DNA of 64,000 nt. Origin: Squalus acanthias. Taxonomy: Eukaryota. Position 1 is the stretch's first letter. The number at the start of each line of letters is the position of its first letter. Shown here piece by piece: positions 61,569 to 64,000 of this stretch. The notes under the pieces are model-generated. The model was given only the letters and a program-made list of their open reading frames with translations, had not been told where the DNA came from and did not search any database. The stretch spans positions 105,092,001-105,156,000 of the forward strand of contig CM059432.1 in NCBI GenBank assembly GCA_030390025.1, in the 5' to 3' direction. The translations under genes were made by a program, and so were the position numbers.

Positions 61569-61774
61569 ATAGAGTCCGGTTGGTAAATCGTCAGCTTTTT
61601 AAACTTCAGCACCAACTAGCAATTCCACGCAATTTCAGTAAAGCTTGTACCCACTTGTTCACAGTAAAGCCAAGTCAAGTGATTTAATCGCGAGACATGC
61701 AATTTTTAATGAAATTGCTCCTCAAAACGCGATTCCACTCAGGTAACTCATGATCTTTTCCTGTGATTGACTGC

Positions 61775-61860
61775 TGGGGACACGTGGGTTGGGGGGTCAG
61801 GGGTTCTCAACGGATGACGTGTTGTGTCGCCCTCTGAAAAGTGCCATGCGCTGCAGGCAG
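61775..61860 (+). promoter_or_regulatory. Candidate promoter upstream of the H2A-like ORF / SLC22A15-like exon
   Basis: E-box CACGTG at 61781-61786 and CRE-like TGACGT at 61815-61820, with retained CpGs in non-repeat DNA. Motif evidence only. Confidence 0.35.
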
Positions 61861-61890
61861 AAGCTGCAGAGTCGTTAAGAGTTTAGCGGG

Positions 61891-62283
61891 ATGTCTGGTC
61901 GCAGTAAAACAGGAGAGAAAGGAAAAGACGCACCAAATCTAAGACTCGTTCATCCAGAGCCATCTCAGTTTCCTGTCGGCCGCATTCACCAGCAATTGCA
62001 CAAGGGTCACAATGCCGACAATGTTGGGGCCAGAGCCCCCATTTACCTGGCCGCTATCCTCGAGCACCTGACCGCCGAGATCCTGGAGGTGGCGGGCAAC
62101 ACAGCCCGTGCCAACAAGAAGACCAAGGCCATCCCCCACCACCTGCAGCTCGCCATCCGCAATGACGAAGAGCTGAACAAGTTTCTGGGAGGGTTCACCA
62201 TAGCCCAAGGCGGGATCCTGCCCAACATCCAAGCCATTCTGCTGCCGAAGAAAACCGTCCATCCGAGCAAGGTTTATGCCTGA
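61891..62283 (+). pseudogene. H2A: Histone H2A-like ORF, highly diverged (pseudogene or variant), 130 aa
   Basis: MSGR...QFPVGRIH...[22 protein letters not shown]...[14 protein letters not shown]...[20 protein letters not shown]. Intronless; no canonical histone stem-loop after the stop. Confidence 0.9.
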
Positions 62284-62441
62284 AGGACAAAAAAATAAAT
62301 CAGTCGGTTCCCATGGTGATGAGGGCAGCATGTCCCCCCTTCTCCTTTGGTGCCACGGTTCCGGGGGCTATGTTACAGAAACTCCATGGTCACCCCCAAG
62401 TAAATCAAAGTGGGCTAGATCAGAAGCAGCCGGCCACCACT

Positions 62442-62525
62442 ATGGGGCTGGATGAAGCTTTCAAATCAGTGGGAGAGATCGGTAGATACCAAGTGTACCT
62501 CATCTTCTTATTCAACCTATTACAG
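62442..62525 (+). CDS. SLC22A15: First coding exon of a solute carrier family 22 member 15-like gene
   Basis: GCCACCACTATGG Kozak context. MGLDEAFKSVGEIGRYQVYLIFLFNLLQ resembles the SLC22A15 N-terminus as I recall it (MEVEEAFQAVGEMG.YQ). Phase-0 donor CAG|GTGAGT. Confidence 0.68.
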
Positions 62526-64000
62526 GTGAGTGAGTCATCGAGTTTTACCCGCAACAGGTGAGTAAGAAGAGACTTTGTTGCTGTCAGATGGCAGTGACAT
62601 GTTTTAGGTGAGGAAATGAGAAACAAATTTGTGCGAATTTTGAGCTGTACATGAATCTGCTTTTTAAAATATGGGTTTGTAAGATGAGGCTTTCAATCAT
62701 TAGGTGAGGCAAGGAAGCATTTCAGCAGAGGGAAGAAGAATGATTGACACAAGTTTAACTTACTTTTATTAGTTACTTTGTACTAAGTCCAATATTGCAC
62801 CAGGGATGAATTTATGGTTTTAATCTTGTTGCTGATAAAGGTTAATAAAAACCTTAATAACATAAAAAGTGGGGAAAATTGGAGCTTACTTTTGAAAATC
62901 AGAATTCTGGCGTCAGGTTTACATTTTTAGAAATGTTGAGGCACCTCACTTTCTACAGGCCGACCGCAGGCCACCGATCCACCTACTCCTGCTCCTATTT
63001 CTTAGCTTTTTGTGTTCTTATGTCAGTAATCGGTTAGTGACACCCGAATGCGCTTCCTGTCCGGGGGCAAAGGTCAGCGAGGGGCCGGGTCGGGGGAAAA
63101 AAATAGCAACTCATGATTACTTACCAAATCTCATGATTTTAAAGAGTTTTCAAAATCCAGGAAGTGGGACTTTTAATCTTTAAAATATCAGAGATTTGCA
63201 TTTTTAAAAAGTAATGAAAATTTGCAAAAGGGTGCCCCCCTCTCCTCCACCACCGCCCCCCCCCCCAACCCCAACAGAAATATAATATTTTAAAACTCTA
63301 TTCTTTATTTACATTTGGGATAAATGGAATCACATTTTTTAGTTTGTGTGCCAGTCTAAAGGGATTTGAAATATTCGGCAACCTGATTGGATTAAACCTC
63401 AATGCACTTTATAGCTATTCTATTCATACTGACGTTGACTGAACACGAGAGACAGCTTTGATCAACTCTCACTCCAGAAACTGCAACTTAAAATGGTAAA
63501 ACTTTGCTAATTATATTGCATATCAGCCATATATGTACTTGCTGTTTACTAAGCCAATAACTGCAGAATCTTGTGTAGGAATCCAAATTCCTTGATGAAA
63601 GCAAGCCAATAATATCCTGATTACCATCTCCATCTGTCAAAGGGAATAATTTACCTCAGTAATTATGCAATGGCGAATACAACAAAGTACCTTTCTAACT
63701 TGGCACTTTGGATTTTGAAACTTTTCTACACTTTGCAGGGGCCCTATATATTGATGCTAAACATTCTAATATAACTACACTTCAAAGAGTCCAGCAACAG
63801 TAATCTTTACAAAAGCAAAATACTGCAGATGCTGTATCCTATCAATGATGTTAAGCTGACTGGTCTATAGTTACCAGGTTTTGTTCTATCTCCCTTTTGT
63901 ATTTAGGAACAACATCAGCTGTCTGTTAGTCCTCTGGCACTATCCCCTCTTCTATGGAACTAGATAGTTTCTGGGATGCGGGCGTCGCTGGCAAGGCAAG

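Overview
Vertebrate genomic DNA made up mostly of transposable elements. It is most likely a cartilaginous fish (shark), judging by CR1/HER1-type LINEs with (ATTCTATG)n or (GAACATAA)n tails, L2 LINEs and Deu-domain SINEs. The window is a PIF/Harbinger hotspot. Two complete ~4.15 kb elements sit in inverted orientation (3596-7759, 15610-19756). Each has TIRs, a 3-bp TSD, an open 386-aa DDE transposase and a convergent three-exon Myb/SANT gene; only copy 2 keeps all splice sites. There are also three decayed Harbingers and about eight Harbinger-type MITEs. One old Harbinger transposase is split over ~24 kb (29.6-53.4 kb) by a four-level nest of CR1, L2, Harbinger, MITE and Tigger-like insertions. 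A G-rich GGAGATC minisatellite has expanded to several kb. At the right end, an orphan, highly diverged histone H2A ORF with compensating frameshifts lies 158 bp upstream of a probable SLC22A15-like first coding exon. All calls come from reading the sequence by eye; no database search was run, and boundaries marked approximate may be off by tens of bases.
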